From: a virus
Lineage: Duplodnaviria > Heunggongvirae > Uroviricota > Caudoviricetes
Virus record (IMG/VR): IMGVR_UViG_3300029142_000001
Span: 1-64,000 of that record
DNA length: 64,000 bases
Reading direction: 5' to 3' (one strand)
In this document: in pieces, positions 10,343 through 20,175 of the stretch
Layout: each line of letters begins with the position of its first letter
How positions within the stretch are numbered: position 1 is the stretch's first letter
Translations under genes and position numbers: made by a program
Notes under the pieces: generated by a model
The model's database searches: none
Told to the model about the DNA's origin: nothing
Seen by the model: only the letters and a program-made list of their open reading frames with translations

Positions 10343-10723
10343 TTAATCTCTGGGCATGTAAGCTAAGTTAGGAATATTATTTAGATCACTGATAATATCA
10401 GGATAATGAGGAATTTCAAAACAATTTGTTGTAAGTTGAACTATTTCATCAATTCTTTGATTAATTTCCTCTGCATAAGAAGTATAATCTTCAATTCTTT
10501 GTTCTAAAGCTTCAAGATAATAATCAATTTTCTTTTTATTGAAAAAATTCTTTTTGGAAGACCATTCATTCCATAAATTTTCATATTTTTCAAGTCTTCG
10601 ATGAATTGATGTATCAATCTTTTTTAACGAAACGAGAATAGATTTTGCATCAAGAAACATGCATAAATTATATATGCCAGCTTCGACAAAAATTTGATTT
10701 GAAGTACGAATTTTCTTAGACAT
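10343..10723 (-). CDS. hypothetical protein
   Basis: 126-aa ORF; last gene of the minus block before the divergent region. Confidence 0.45.
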   Translation of the reverse strand: MSKKIRTSNQIFVEAGIYNLCMFLDAKSILVSLKKIDTSIHRRLEKYENLWNEWSSKKNFFNKKKIDYYLEALEQRIEDYTSYAEEINQRIDEIVQLTTNCFEIPHYPDIISDLNNIPNLAYMPRD

Positions 10724-10864
10724 AAAGCAATTTTTCCTCTATAGTATATATGCCCCAATCATAACTCCTTGGAAACAATGATTACCATGAGTATTATATA
10801 TCCGGGGGTGGGCGGGGATATTGATAGGGTAACAACTAGAAATCGATTTGTCAATAGGATTTTT

Positions 10865-11329
10865 ATGGAAAAGCGAAAAAAAATTAAGGCTATCGTCGCC
10901 TATGATGAAAATTTTGGAATAGGAATAAATGGAAATCTTCCGTGGAATAATTCCAGAGATTTACAACATTTTAAAATTCAAACAAAAGATCATATCTGTA
11001 TTATGGGACGAACTACTTGGGAAAGTTTACCGAATAAAAGGCTTCCTGGGAGAGAAATTTGGGTATGTACACAAACTGTCCATGAAAAAATGGATGGCGT
11101 TCAATTTTATACCGAAAAAGAAATACGAGATAAAATTTATAAAAATTCTGATTTGACTTTTATGATTTGTGGTGGTATAATGACATGGAAGACATTTCAA
11201 GATATCATTGATGAATGGATTATCACAGAAATACCAGGAGTTTATGAATGTGATACATTTTTTGATCCAAGCATGATTCATAATTTTAATGAAAATCTTT
11301 CAGTAAAAATTTACCAAAGGAATGTGTAA
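10865..11329 (+). CDS. frd: dihydrofolate reductase
   Basis: IKAIVAYDENFGIGINGNLPWNNSRDLQHFKIQTKDHICIMGRTTWESL is the classic DHFR N-terminal signature; start moved to the Met before this motif. Confidence 0.75.
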   Translation: MEKRKKIKAIVAYDENFGIGINGNLPWNNSRDLQHFKIQTKDHICIMGRTTWESLPNKRLPGREIWVCTQTVHEKMDGVQFYTEKEIRDKIYKNSDLTFMICGGIMTWKTFQDIIDEWIITEIPGVYECDTFFDPSMIHNFNENLSVKIYQRNV

Positions 11330-11589
11330 TGCGAGTTTCTTATGACGAACAAGGTAATCAAGTATTTTATACTGACTGTGGAAATTATGTTGGATATTTG
11401 ATGGAGCTTTGTGAATATGAGAAATATGGCGAATCAAAATATGTTTTTGGAATTCATTTAGATAATGGTATTCCAAAAAATGATCGAATTAATTTCAATG
11501 GTCATCCATTTATTTCCCGAGGTACTAAAGGGAATTATTGTTATTTTCGATCTGTTTTTAATGATGATGTTATGGAAAATATTCAATGA
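11329..11589 (+). CDS. hypothetical protein
   Basis: 86-aa ORF, start overlaps frd stop. Confidence 0.45.
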   Translation: MRVSYDEQGNQVFYTDCGNYVGYLMELCEYEKYGESKYVFGIHLDNGIPKNDRINFNGHPFISRGTKGNYCYFRSVFNDDVMENIQ

Positions 11590-11870
11590 AAAATGCAGAA
11601 ACAGTTGTAGATAAATTGCGTGAACGAATAGAGCAAAATCATGAAGGATATGATTCTAAAGATTTAGAAAATGCATCTGATTATGATACTGTCTTAGATA
11701 TTGAAATTTTAAAAAAAATTGAAAAATTGAAAAATATTCTTGATAATGTATCTGAAATTTTAAATAATGTATCTCATATTCCGTTTTATGCCTACGGAGA
11801 TAATCAAGCGGCTTGTGAAATGTCAGAAACTATTGGAAGGGCTCTTGAGATTATTTTAGAAAGAGAATAA
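11586..11870 (+). CDS. hypothetical protein
   Basis: 94-aa ORF. Confidence 0.45.
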   Translation: MKNAETVVDKLRERIEQNHEGYDSKDLENASDYDTVLDIEILKKIEKLKNILDNVSEILNNVSHIPFYAYGDNQAACEMSETIGRALEIILERE

Positions 11871-11874
11871 TAAA

Positions 11875-12159
11875 ATGAATAATAAAATGATATTATTTGT
11901 AATTTTCTGTTGTTTATTTCTTTTTATTTTTATTGGTTTAGGTGCTGGTGCAGTTTCTAATTCTCTAAAGCAGGATGCTAAAGAAGCTCAGAAAATTCAT
12001 TCTATTACTCAATTTGATTGTAATGGAAATATCATCGGAGAATGGATTTCTGTCGGGAATGTGTACACCTATAACTATCCCGGTGTAAAATTTACAGATA
12101 GTAATGGTATAGAAATTCAATTAATGGGGACAATTCAAATTATTGAATTGTCTTATTAA
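11875..12159 (+). CDS. small membrane protein
   Basis: N-terminal hydrophobic segment ILFVIFCCLFLFIFIGLGAGA. Confidence 0.45.
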   Translation: MNNKMILFVIFCCLFLFIFIGLGAGAVSNSLKQDAKEAQKIHSITQFDCNGNIIGEWISVGNVYTYNYPGVKFTDSNGIEIQLMGTIQIIELSY

Positions 12160-12178
12160 GAATTAACGGAGTTAAATA

Positions 12179-12451
12179 ATGAGTAATGATTCAAAAATAT
12201 TTGATGATGGTGGAGCGGCATTCCCACGATCTCACAGTAAAGATCAGCATCAGAATGAGAAAGGTTGTTGGGCACAAGACGGCATGACCCTTCGTGATTG
12301 GTTTGCGGGCCAAGCGTTAAGCGGGATGTTAGCTTATGGTGGATCCATCAAAGGAGACTATCATACCAATGCAAGCTTTGAAGCAGCAGCCCTTGATGCT
12401 TATGTATGGGCAGATGCTATGATTGATGTTAGAAAGGGAAAAAATGAGTAA
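12179..12451 (+). CDS. hypothetical protein
   Basis: 90-aa ORF. Confidence 0.4.
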   Translation: MSNDSKIFDDGGAAFPRSHSKDQHQNEKGCWAQDGMTLRDWFAGQALSGMLAYGGSIKGDYHTNASFEAAALDAYVWADAMIDVRKGKNE

Positions 12452-12716
12452 ATATAGTAAATGGATTTTGAAACAAGCATCTGATCCAAGTGTGTGGGGC
12501 ACTCCTGGAAAATATACTATTAAACATTTACCTACGGGAGAATGTTTATGGATTTCTAATGGAGCTTCTGGACTTCATTGGGATACTTTCGAAGGTAGAA
12601 GAAATACTATAATCCCTTGGTGGTGTAAGCGTCGTCTATGGAATCGTCTCCAAAAAATGCTTCAAAATCGTATGATGGGCTCTAATAAAAATGGAGAAAC
12701 CCATGAAGAATCATGA
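12423..12716 (+). CDS. hypothetical protein
   Basis: 97-aa ORF. Confidence 0.4.
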   Translation: MMLEREKMSKYSKWILKQASDPSVWGTPGKYTIKHLPTGECLWISNGASGLHWDTFEGRRNTIIPWWCKRRLWNRLQKMLQNRMMGSNKNGETHEES

Positions 12717-13059
12717 AAAAATTATAAAGTATCTTAGAGAAGCAGATCAAATTGATGGTGCTTGCATGAATCATAGAGGATATGGTACATATGCTGATGC
12801 TGCTGATTTGATTGAGCAGATGCAGAAACTTTTAAATTCATGGCCTATGACTAAAGATGGTGTATACCTTCCATTAGATGAAGCAATTATTGTTTGGTAT
12901 ATGGATGGAAATGTTCTAGTACAAGGAGCGGCTGGTATTGAGGTTGAAGTATTGTTTGCGGATCCTAACAATTCAGAAATTTTATTCAGTCCCAATGATG
13001 GTGTCAGATCGTGCTTTTTTTCTAAAAAAGCAGCTTTAGATAGTATTAATCCCACTTGA
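12691..13059 (+). CDS. hypothetical protein
   Basis: 122-aa ORF. Confidence 0.45.
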   Translation: MEKPMKNHEKIIKYLREADQIDGACMNHRGYGTYADAADLIEQMQKLLNSWPMTKDGVYLPLDEAIIVWYMDGNVLVQGAAGIEVEVLFADPNNSEILFSPNDGVRSCFFSKKAALDSINPT

Positions 13060-13083
13060 CATTTTACTTAAATCGTATATAAT
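13056..13083 (+). promoter_or_regulatory. sigma70-like promoter (TTGACA-16-TATAAT)
   Basis: ttgaca at 13056-13061, tataat at 13078-13083. Confidence 0.5.
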
Positions 13084-13127
13084 GTATGAAGGATAGAATA
13101 AATTATTCTGATTTTAGGAGAAATCAA

Positions 13128-14282
13128 ATGGCCCGAGGCCGAGCAATTTCAAAATCCGTTGGACAGGTTCTGAGTAAACAACTTGCAGGATCCCGACCAG
13201 TGTTTGATACTGATGATTTGGATCATGAATATAGTTCTGATGTTCAAGTCATGTCTGCTTTGAACTGGTATAGTTCAATGGCTTCTGATAAGAAAGAGCG
13301 GACTTGGTTTGTTGCGTACATGAAGGAACAAAAGATCTTTACAGGATCTGATCTCTCTCGAATCAAAGATTTTGATTCGAAGATTTTCTCTCGTGTTGGT
13401 CGTTATTGTCAAATGCTTTCTGATGGATATCCGATTGATTCGTGGGCACTTCCTAAGATTCAAGAAGTTGTTCGTGATTTGCAATTGCGTCTTAAGCCAG
13501 TTGCTAATTCTTCTTACAGTTCTTCCGGACCTTCTGTTCAAGATCGTATGAACGAAAAAGCTTTGGAGTATGCTTCGAATATTCAGACAGTTATTGATGA
13601 TTTCACTCTGACTATCCGAGATCGTAAAAAGTCAGAAGATTCAGATGTGTTTGATATTGTTTCTTTTGTGAATGTGCATGAAATCAAGCCTCTGATGGCA
13701 AATCGTATTGTTCCATATATTGAGGAATCTAAGAATACTTGGGCTGATGTGGTCAAATCACAAGATCCTGATATTCGTGAAGGCTATTCTATCTACACAA
13801 CTTCTCAAATGAATCGAATCATTCGATTTCATGATTGGATTCTTGAAGGATTGTCTGCGAAGGGTTCGGAAAAGAAGGTTCGTAAGCCTCGTAAGACCAA
13901 AAAGAAAACTCCAACTCAGCTTGTGAAGGCTGTTCAGTTTCTTGATAGTACAAAAGAATATGGAGGTTTGAAGTCTATTAAGCCAGAATCAATTATTGGT
14001 GCTGGTAAGCTTGTGATGTTTAATACCAAATATCGTGAGTTTACGATCTTCGAAGCTTCTGATGTTGATGGATTTGGAATGAAGGGAACGACCCTTCAGG
14101 GATTTGATCCTTCCAAATCTGTTTGTAAGCGAGTCCGTGAACAATATGTCAAGGATCTTTTGGGAACCACTTCGAAGGGAATTCGAGCCATTCGAAACGG
14201 ATTCAAAAGCATTAACAGCAAGGAAAACACACCAACGGGACGAATCAATAAGGATTGCATTCTCGTAAAGGTAATGAAGTAA
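13128..14282 (+). CDS. hypothetical protein
   Basis: Start placed at MARGRAISK after AGGAG RBS; 384 aa; lysine-rich segment KKVRKPRKTKKKTP. Confidence 0.5.
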   Translation: MARGRAISKSVGQVLSKQLAGSRPVFDTDDLDHEYSSDVQVMSALNWYSSMASDKKERTWFVAYMKEQKIFTGSDLSRIKDFDSKIFSRVGRYCQMLSDGYPIDSWALPKIQEVVRDLQLRLKPVANSSYSSSGPSVQDRMNEKALEYASNIQTVIDDFTLTIRDRKKSEDSDVFDIVSFVNVHEIKPLMANRIVPYIEESKNTWADVVKSQDPDIREGYSIYTTSQMNRIIRFHDWILEGLSAKGSEKKVRKPRKTKKKTPTQLVKAVQFLDSTKEYGGLKSIKPESIIGAGKLVMFNTKYREFTIFEASDVDGFGMKGTTLQGFDPSKSVCKRVREQYVKDLLGTTSKGIRAIRNGFKSINSKENTPTGRINKDCILVKVMK

Positions 14283-14294
14283 AAGGATATAGAA

Positions 14295-14504
14295 ATGAGT
14301 CTTTCATTTGAGTTTCTAATTAATAATCCGTATACACAACATGTTCCTCTTGGATCTTTGTTAAGGATCAAAAATTCAGAGGAAAAGTATAAGGGCCAAT
14401 CAAAAGCATACCTCAAAGGTGCCCATCAAGAAGTTTCTGAGGAACCAGTAAAGGAAACTCGACAACAGAGACGGGCAAGAGAAAGAAAAGAAAGAAAGTC
14501 ATGA
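14295..14504 (+). CDS. hypothetical protein
   Basis: 69-aa basic ORF. Confidence 0.35.
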   Translation: MSLSFEFLINNPYTQHVPLGSLLRIKNSEEKYKGQSKAYLKGAHQEVSEEPVKETRQQRRARERKERKS

Positions 14505-14665
14505 AGAATGAAGCAACTAATCAAGAACGCTTCGATACCGGAGCTTTGTTAAAAGAACTTCGTGAAAAGAAAAAAATTGCAAAAGAGAAACTTCGCAAAA
14601 CTTGCACACAAGAAGAATCTTGTTTCGCAAGATTGCGTAGAATATTCAGTTAAGGGAAATATATT

Positions 14666-15091
14666 ATGAATCGTGAAGATGTAGACACAAGGGACAATCA
14701 GTCTATTTTTAACTATTTTTGGCAGAAGTTTATTGTTGAAAGTGTACCTCGATGTACTAAAGAAAATGGTAATGGATGTCAATACGCTCCTACTCCTGGT
14801 ACCGGTCAGATTGGATGTGCTATTGGTTGTTTATTGGATCCTGAAGATGCAATTCAATGGGATAATGAATTGCCATTATTTACAACAATTAAAGATATAT
14901 ATTCGAGTCACCCAGACAAATACAATAAATATTTTGATTATACCCAACTTGAATTTTTAAAAAATCTTCAAGTTCTGCATGATTCAGGATTAGTTTATAA
15001 AGAAGATCCTTCTATGTATCGACATTATCAAAATCTTCTCAATATCGTTCTTCGTTATAATGTGACAATTTCTGAAGGAGTTATAGAATGA
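14666..15091 (+). CDS. hypothetical protein
   Basis: 141-aa ORF with GGGAAA RBS. Confidence 0.45.
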   Translation: MNREDVDTRDNQSIFNYFWQKFIVESVPRCTKENGNGCQYAPTPGTGQIGCAIGCLLDPEDAIQWDNELPLFTTIKDIYSSHPDKYNKYFDYTQLEFLKNLQVLHDSGLVYKEDPSMYRHYQNLLNIVLRYNVTISEGVIE

Positions 15092-15372
15092 ATTCAGAAG
15101 AGATCACTTCAGAAGAAATTGATGTTATGAATCGATTCATCACTGAATGGATGATTTGTGCAATGATTGAATTGTATGGAGAAGTTGATGAAGAAGAGGT
15201 TGCCGATCATTACTATATGTGCGTTTCAAAAATTCCTGACGACGGAATTGAAAAATTAGAACTGATTCAAATCGTAGCAGATTATTTGGATGATATTGGA
15301 GCAAATGGAGCATCAATGGAATTGAGAACTAAGTTTTTAGCTCTGTTAGTAAACTCATTGGAAGAAAAATAA
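15088..15372 (+). CDS. hypothetical acidic protein
   Basis: 94-aa ORF, ATGA overlap with the upstream gene. Confidence 0.4.
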   Translation: MNSEEITSEEIDVMNRFITEWMICAMIELYGEVDEEEVADHYYMCVSKIPDDGIEKLELIQIVADYLDDIGANGASMELRTKFLALLVNSLEEK

Positions 15373-15744
15373 ATGAACAAAGATGAAATGATTAAAAAAC
15401 TCCAAAAAGAAAGAGATATTTTAATTTGCATGGCTGTAGATGCGGAAATGATTTCATTTAGAGATGCCAATGATCTTGACTCTGATGAAGATCCAAATAA
15501 TTGGGGATTTTATTTCTATCATACAGGCGAACTTTTACTTGAAGGTGATATTGAAACTTGGGGGAAAGGAAAAGAATATTTAATCAGAGAAAAGGAAACA
15601 TTGAATCAAACACCCGAATATGATAATAAACCAGAATTGATTTGTCCAGAATGTGGAAAGGGACTTAGTAGAGAAAATAGTAGATGTTGCGGTATGGTGT
15701 ATGGTCGAAGAGGATGGAGACAATTGGGAATGTATGACGGATGA
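15373..15744 (+). CDS. hypothetical protein
   Basis: 123-aa ORF. Confidence 0.4.
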   Translation: MNKDEMIKKLQKERDILICMAVDAEMISFRDANDLDSDEDPNNWGFYFYHTGELLLEGDIETWGKGKEYLIREKETLNQTPEYDNKPELICPECGKGLSRENSRCCGMVYGRRGWRQLGMYDG

Positions 15745-15929
15745 ATTGTGTAAACAGATGTGTATGTTTTGAAACTTTTTTCTTGGATATAGAAAAACTG
15801 ATTGATTCTTCCTTGACATTACAAGAAAATTTTGATAACATAGAAAAGATTACAAAATGCGGAACTGCCTGTGGATTATGTATTCCATATATTGAAGATT
15901 TAATATCTAAAAAGAGTAAAAATAAATGA
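15741..15929 (+). CDS. BFD-like [2Fe-2S]-binding mini-protein
   Basis: CVNRCVC...CGTACGLC resembles the CxC...CGxC pattern of bacterioferritin-associated ferredoxin domains. Confidence 0.35.
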   Translation: MNCVNRCVCFETFFLDIEKLIDSSLTLQENFDNIEKITKCGTACGLCIPYIEDLISKKSKNK

Positions 15930-16216
15930 TGTATGAAAAAGTTGAGATTGAAATACATTCAATAGAAGAACCGTCATCATCCGAAACTGAATTTCCTACC
16001 TATCGTTATAGACAACTTTTAAGAGAAGGTGAAGTAGGTGTTTGGGAATCAAATGTAGGACCGTTGGCAGTTCTTTTTGAAGATCCATTAGGAAATAGAT
16101 TTTTGTATTGGTTCGATGGAAATATGGTTTATGGGCACCCTTCAAATACTTTTACAAAAGTAGATAATGTTTTTGCAAAAGTAAGTATTAATGGTTGGAT
16201 GAAAGCCATTTATTAA
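15926..16216 (+). CDS. hypothetical protein
   Basis: 96-aa ORF. Confidence 0.4.
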   Translation: MMYEKVEIEIHSIEEPSSSETEFPTYRYRQLLREGEVGVWESNVGPLAVLFEDPLGNRFLYWFDGNMVYGHPSNTFTKVDNVFAKVSINGWMKAIY

Positions 16217-16228
16217 AAAGGATCCATA

Positions 16229-16609
16229 ATGAATATTGTTATTCTTATCATGTTAGCGATTCTTGTATTAATGGTATGGGTTACTATTAATGATTATGTA
16301 AAATCTCAAAAAGAAAAAATGCATGATAAAGAAACGAATGAAGATATATGGGAATCAGCATATTCTGCTGTTCGTAAATTTTATGAAAATGAAGAAGATC
16401 CAGAAGGAAAAGAAATTCTAGAAAAAACAATCAAACATCTTGATGCATTGAGATCATTTAATTTTCCACCGCCCTTATATGTTATATACGATGATCACGA
16501 TGGAGCAAAACAATTTTATTCAACAATTGAATATCACTCAGATACATCATTTTTCACGATTGATATCGATGAAAATGGAACAGATACATTTATTGGATTT
16601 AGAAAATGA
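16229..16609 (+). CDS. hypothetical protein with N-terminal TM helix
   Basis: MNIVILIMLAILVLMVWV hydrophobic start. Confidence 0.45.
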   Translation: MNIVILIMLAILVLMVWVTINDYVKSQKEKMHDKETNEDIWESAYSAVRKFYENEEDPEGKEILEKTIKHLDALRSFNFPPPLYVIYDDHDGAKQFYSTIEYHSDTSFFTIDIDENGTDTFIGFRK

Positions 16610-17406
16610 AAAACGAATACAGGCATCCTAAAGAATTGAGTTTTGAAAAACTCCAAGAATACGATATGTATGTAAACAATGGTGTTCTTTTTGTTAAAAA
16701 TAATACTGATGAAGAAGAATTTGAAGAACAACACCCAGGAGATGGGTTTTCTATGACTTATTTACAGAAGACCATCCAGGTCAAGGATACCACATTTGGT
16801 CAATTCTGGGAATTGATGCGTCCGAATATGGATGTATGGAATGTTATTTTTGCCGGGGCTCTTGCAAACCATGATCTTTTGGTTTTTGATGAGAATATGC
16901 AAAAAGATTTGCCTGTTCGTGATAAAGTTTCTAATTTCATTGATAGTATTGATTATCTTGAGGTTAGTAGAACTTATGAATGTGAAAATTTTACTGGAAT
17001 AGATAGATTAAATCCTCTTATGGATTTTGGCGGGTACGGTGTGGTTAAGGATGATGTGTTCCCAGAACCCACTCCGATGGCCAAGGGCATTTCATTTATG
17101 AATATGTACGAATTGAAAAATATTCCTTTTTATATTACTGAAAAGTTTTATATTTATGATTCTAGATCGGAAGATCATCCTTTGGGAGAAAAACATGATT
17201 ATGGAGAACAAACATTTACTTTGTATGATGTTCTTAAAATGATTTTTTGGGAGATTACTTGGTATGGATATCCTGATGAAGTCCAAGAAATTAGAAAGGG
17301 ACTTGTTCAAAGAGTTGAAGATATCAAAAGTGGAAAAATTAAAACGACTCCAATTGAGGATGTGGAATTCTTCTGTGATTTGAATTTTAAAGAAGGTGCT
17401 GATTGA
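16606..17406 (+). CDS. hypothetical protein
   Basis: 266-aa ORF, ATGA overlap. Confidence 0.5.
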   Translation: MKNEYRHPKELSFEKLQEYDMYVNNGVLFVKNNTDEEEFEEQHPGDGFSMTYLQKTIQVKDTTFGQFWELMRPNMDVWNVIFAGALANHDLLVFDENMQKDLPVRDKVSNFIDSIDYLEVSRTYECENFTGIDRLNPLMDFGGYGVVKDDVFPEPTPMAKGISFMNMYELKNIPFYITEKFYIYDSRSEDHPLGEKHDYGEQTFTLYDVLKMIFWEITWYGYPDEVQEIRKGLVQRVEDIKSGKIKTTPIEDVEFFCDLNFKEGAD

Positions 17407-18170
17407 TACTGATTGATTTCAATCAAATTGTTATTACAAGATTGCATATGTTCTTTCTTCGCGGAGAGAAGAATAATGATATATTCAGTAATCCAATTTT
17501 GAAAAAATCTCTTGCAAATGATATATTCTTTTTCTTGAAATCCATTCACTTTAACTATGGGTCAAGATATGGAGATGTTGTTTTATGTTTTGATGGAAAA
17601 AATGTTTGGAGAAAGGAAATATTCGAGCATTATAAAGTAAAAAGAAAAAAGGCAAAAAGCTCCAATGCTGAAATGTGGAAATTTGTCCATGAATTTCTTG
17701 TTTACTTTTATGAAAAATATAAAACCGGACCATTAAAATTATACAATTTTGATAGATTTGAAGCAGATGATGTTATCTCTGTTCTTATTCATGAAAATCC
17801 TGATGAGAATCATTTGATTGTTTCAAAAGATAAAGATTTCCATCAACTACATGTATTTGACAATGTTCTTCAATATGACTATAGTAAAAAGCATACCATA
17901 CAGGAAAAAACAGATAATCTTAAAGAACATATCATTCGTGGAGATGTATCTGATGGAATTCCAAACATTTTAAGTGATTCAGATACATTTGTGAACGATA
18001 AGAAAAGGCAAACTCCACTTTCTAAGAAGAGATTTGAAGCTTTGATTAGCAAAGATCCTTCCGAATATGATGAAAAAACCAGAAAAAACTATGAAAGAAA
18101 TCGAATTTTGATTTCATTAAGGGATATTCCCGATGAAATTTACAATGAAATCAAAGAAAAGACTAAATAG
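17403..18170 (+). CDS. rnh: RNase H / 5'-3' flap endonuclease (T4 rnh-like)
   Basis: Collinear matches to T4 RNase H: LIDFNQIV, VVLCFDGKNVWRKEIFEHYKVKRKK, DRFEADDVISVL, SKDKDFHQLH, IIRGDVSDGIPNI. Confidence 0.8.
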   Translation: MILIDFNQIVITRLHMFFLRGEKNNDIFSNPILKKSLANDIFFFLKSIHFNYGSRYGDVVLCFDGKNVWRKEIFEHYKVKRKKAKSSNAEMWKFVHEFLVYFYEKYKTGPLKLYNFDRFEADDVISVLIHENPDENHLIVSKDKDFHQLHVFDNVLQYDYSKKHTIQEKTDNLKEHIIRGDVSDGIPNILSDSDTFVNDKKRQTPLSKKRFEALISKDPSEYDEKTRKNYERNRILISLRDIPDEIYNEIKEKTK

Positions 18171-18197
18171 AATTAGTATAAATTATAGGAGAATTAT

Positions 18198-18608
18198 ATG
18201 CGTACTATTGGAGAAACATTGGAGGCTTTTGATCTCCTTGAAAATGATGAAGATAGATTTTCTTTTATGCGTGAGCATTATACCAATGCAATGATGAATT
18301 TTATAAAATTAGCATATGGTGACAATGCTTGGACCTATGAAAATCGTGAAATTCCTTCTGTCAATATTGATGATGCTCCATATGGATATTCCGATACAAA
18401 TCTAACATTTGAACTTAAAAGAATGTATATTTTCCTGGAAAATTCAGATGTTGGTCATGATCGCCAAGATGAAATTTTTATTCAGATTGCAGAAGGTCTT
18501 CCAGCTTTCGAAGCATCATTATTCATGAATATGGTTCAAGGAAAAAGTCTTGGAGTTGATGGGTTAGATGAATTTGTTGCAAGTAACTTTGCGGATTTGG
18601 TTGCATAA
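18198..18608 (+). CDS. hypothetical protein
   Basis: 136-aa ORF. Confidence 0.45.
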   Translation: MRTIGETLEAFDLLENDEDRFSFMREHYTNAMMNFIKLAYGDNAWTYENREIPSVNIDDAPYGYSDTNLTFELKRMYIFLENSDVGHDRQDEIFIQIAEGLPAFEASLFMNMVQGKSLGVDGLDEFVASNFADLVA

Positions 18609-18770
18609 TAATGTCAAAAAAAGATAGACATAATGAAGATAAGTTTTCAGATCGCCTTTCGGAAGAAAGAGAAAAAAGATCTAAAAGAAATAGTACCAAA
18701 AAAACTTTAAGAAATCTTCGTGATATGTTAGCGGATAAAGAATACGATGTAGATTGGGAGGAAGATCTCT

Positions 18771-18962
18771 ATGATGAAAATTCTAGGTAAATGTTCAAAT
18801 TGTGGTGGAAATGTAATGGAACCAAATATCGTCCATTCTACCGTCCCAATTCCTCCAAAGTGTGATGGATGCGGAAATGTTCCAGAATCTTATATGAAGA
18901 TTATTAAGACAGTTCCCGAAAAGAAAAACGACGATACAAATAAAACATTTTTACAGGAGTAA
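18771..18962 (+). CDS. zinc-ribbon protein
   Basis: CSNCGG...CDGCGN. Confidence 0.4.
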   Translation: MMKILGKCSNCGGNVMEPNIVHSTVPIPPKCDGCGNVPESYMKIIKTVPEKKNDDTNKTFLQE

Positions 18963-18965
18963 TAT

Positions 18966-19583
18966 ATGAAGCGTGAAATTATTATGATCATTGACAGATC
19001 AGGATCTATGTCCAGTATGGCCAGCGATGTTCGAGGGGGATTTGATTCTTTTATTGATGAACATAGAAATGAAAATGTAGAGGCAGGATTTACACTTGTT
19101 CAATTTGATGATCAATATCAGGTTGATTATGAAGGTGTTCCGATTAATTCTGAAATTTCTCTAGATTTTACCCCGAGGGGAATGACCGCACTGCATGATG
19201 CGATCGGAAAAACGATTATCTCTCAGGGGGAAAGATTCGCAAAAATGAGCGAAGCAGATCGACCAGAAAAAGTCCTTGTCATTATTCAAACAGATGGTAT
19301 TGAAAATGCTAGTAAAGAATACACCGCTGATAGAATTAAAGATCTAATCGAACAGCAAACAAGAGATTATAACTGGGAATTCATGTATCTTGGTGCGAAT
19401 CAAGATGCTATTGTTGAAGCAAGGAAATTTGGAATTGCGGCTGGTTCTTCTCTTACATATGGTGGAGATAAAATGTTCAATACTATGAGTGCAGTTGCAA
19501 CAAAATCTGTTGGTTATACTAGGAGTTCTATTGATGAAGGTGTTCAAGAATTCTCTGCTGAAGAAAGAACCGAACTTAGCTAA
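18966..19583 (+). CDS. von Willebrand factor A (vWA) domain protein
   Basis: MIDAS motif IIDRSGSMSS near the N-terminus, downstream TDG acidic loop. Confidence 0.55.
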   Translation: MKREIIMIIDRSGSMSSMASDVRGGFDSFIDEHRNENVEAGFTLVQFDDQYQVDYEGVPINSEISLDFTPRGMTALHDAIGKTIISQGERFAKMSEADRPEKVLVIIQTDGIENASKEYTADRIKDLIEQQTRDYNWEFMYLGANQDAIVEARKFGIAAGSSLTYGGDKMFNTMSAVATKSVGYTRSSIDEGVQEFSAEERTELS

Positions 19584-20145
19584 TATTTTCTAATCCATAT
19601 TTACACAAGAAATAGGCATCCACGATATCTGAAACTGGATTGCCTATTTCTTTTTTGTTTGGTGATATAAGCATTTTCAAATCTATTCCGGTTTCTTCTA
19701 TAAAGCTTTCATGCATTTTTAGTTTATCTGCATTGCCTTTTCCGCTTGCAAATTTTTTGATTGTGGTTGGAGCGATTACTAAAACTGGAATAGCTGCAAG
19801 ATGGAGAGATAATTTCAACACTCCAGTATTTTCGGCAATGTTGAATACCTTTCCTTTGGATCCCATTGAATATCCTTCTAAACATACATGAATATTTTCG
19901 TAATTTTTAAGTATATCAATCACCCAACTTGATAGATTTAAATATCTTTCCATATCATTTTTATATGGTTTGGCTAAATTTCCAGATATGTTTTTTCGGA
20001 ATTTAGTTCCCAAACTTGTTACTTTTGTATAATAAAAAACATCACAATTATCAAATGTAAATTCATCGTTTTTTGATGAGTATACGCAAATACATGGCGT
20101 AGTCATCGAATAATCTATTCCAACAATCGTTTTTGGGGTTGACAT
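19576..20145 (-). CDS. RuvC-like Holliday junction resolvase (putative)
   Basis: TIVGIDYS...CLEGYS...DIVDAYFL arrangement of acidic residues typical of RuvC/RNaseH-fold resolvases; lone minus-strand gene in a plus block. Confidence 0.45.
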   Translation of the reverse strand: MSTPKTIVGIDYSMTTPCICVYSSKNDEFTFDNCDVFYYTKVTSLGTKFRKNISGNLAKPYKNDMERYLNLSSWVIDILKNYENIHVCLEGYSMGSKGKVFNIAENTGVLKLSLHLAAIPVLVIAPTTIKKFASGKGNADKLKMHESFIEETGIDLKMLISPNKKEIGNPVSDIVDAYFLCKYGLENIS

Positions 20146-20175
20146 AATAATCTCCAGAAGGTACAATATTTAGTC

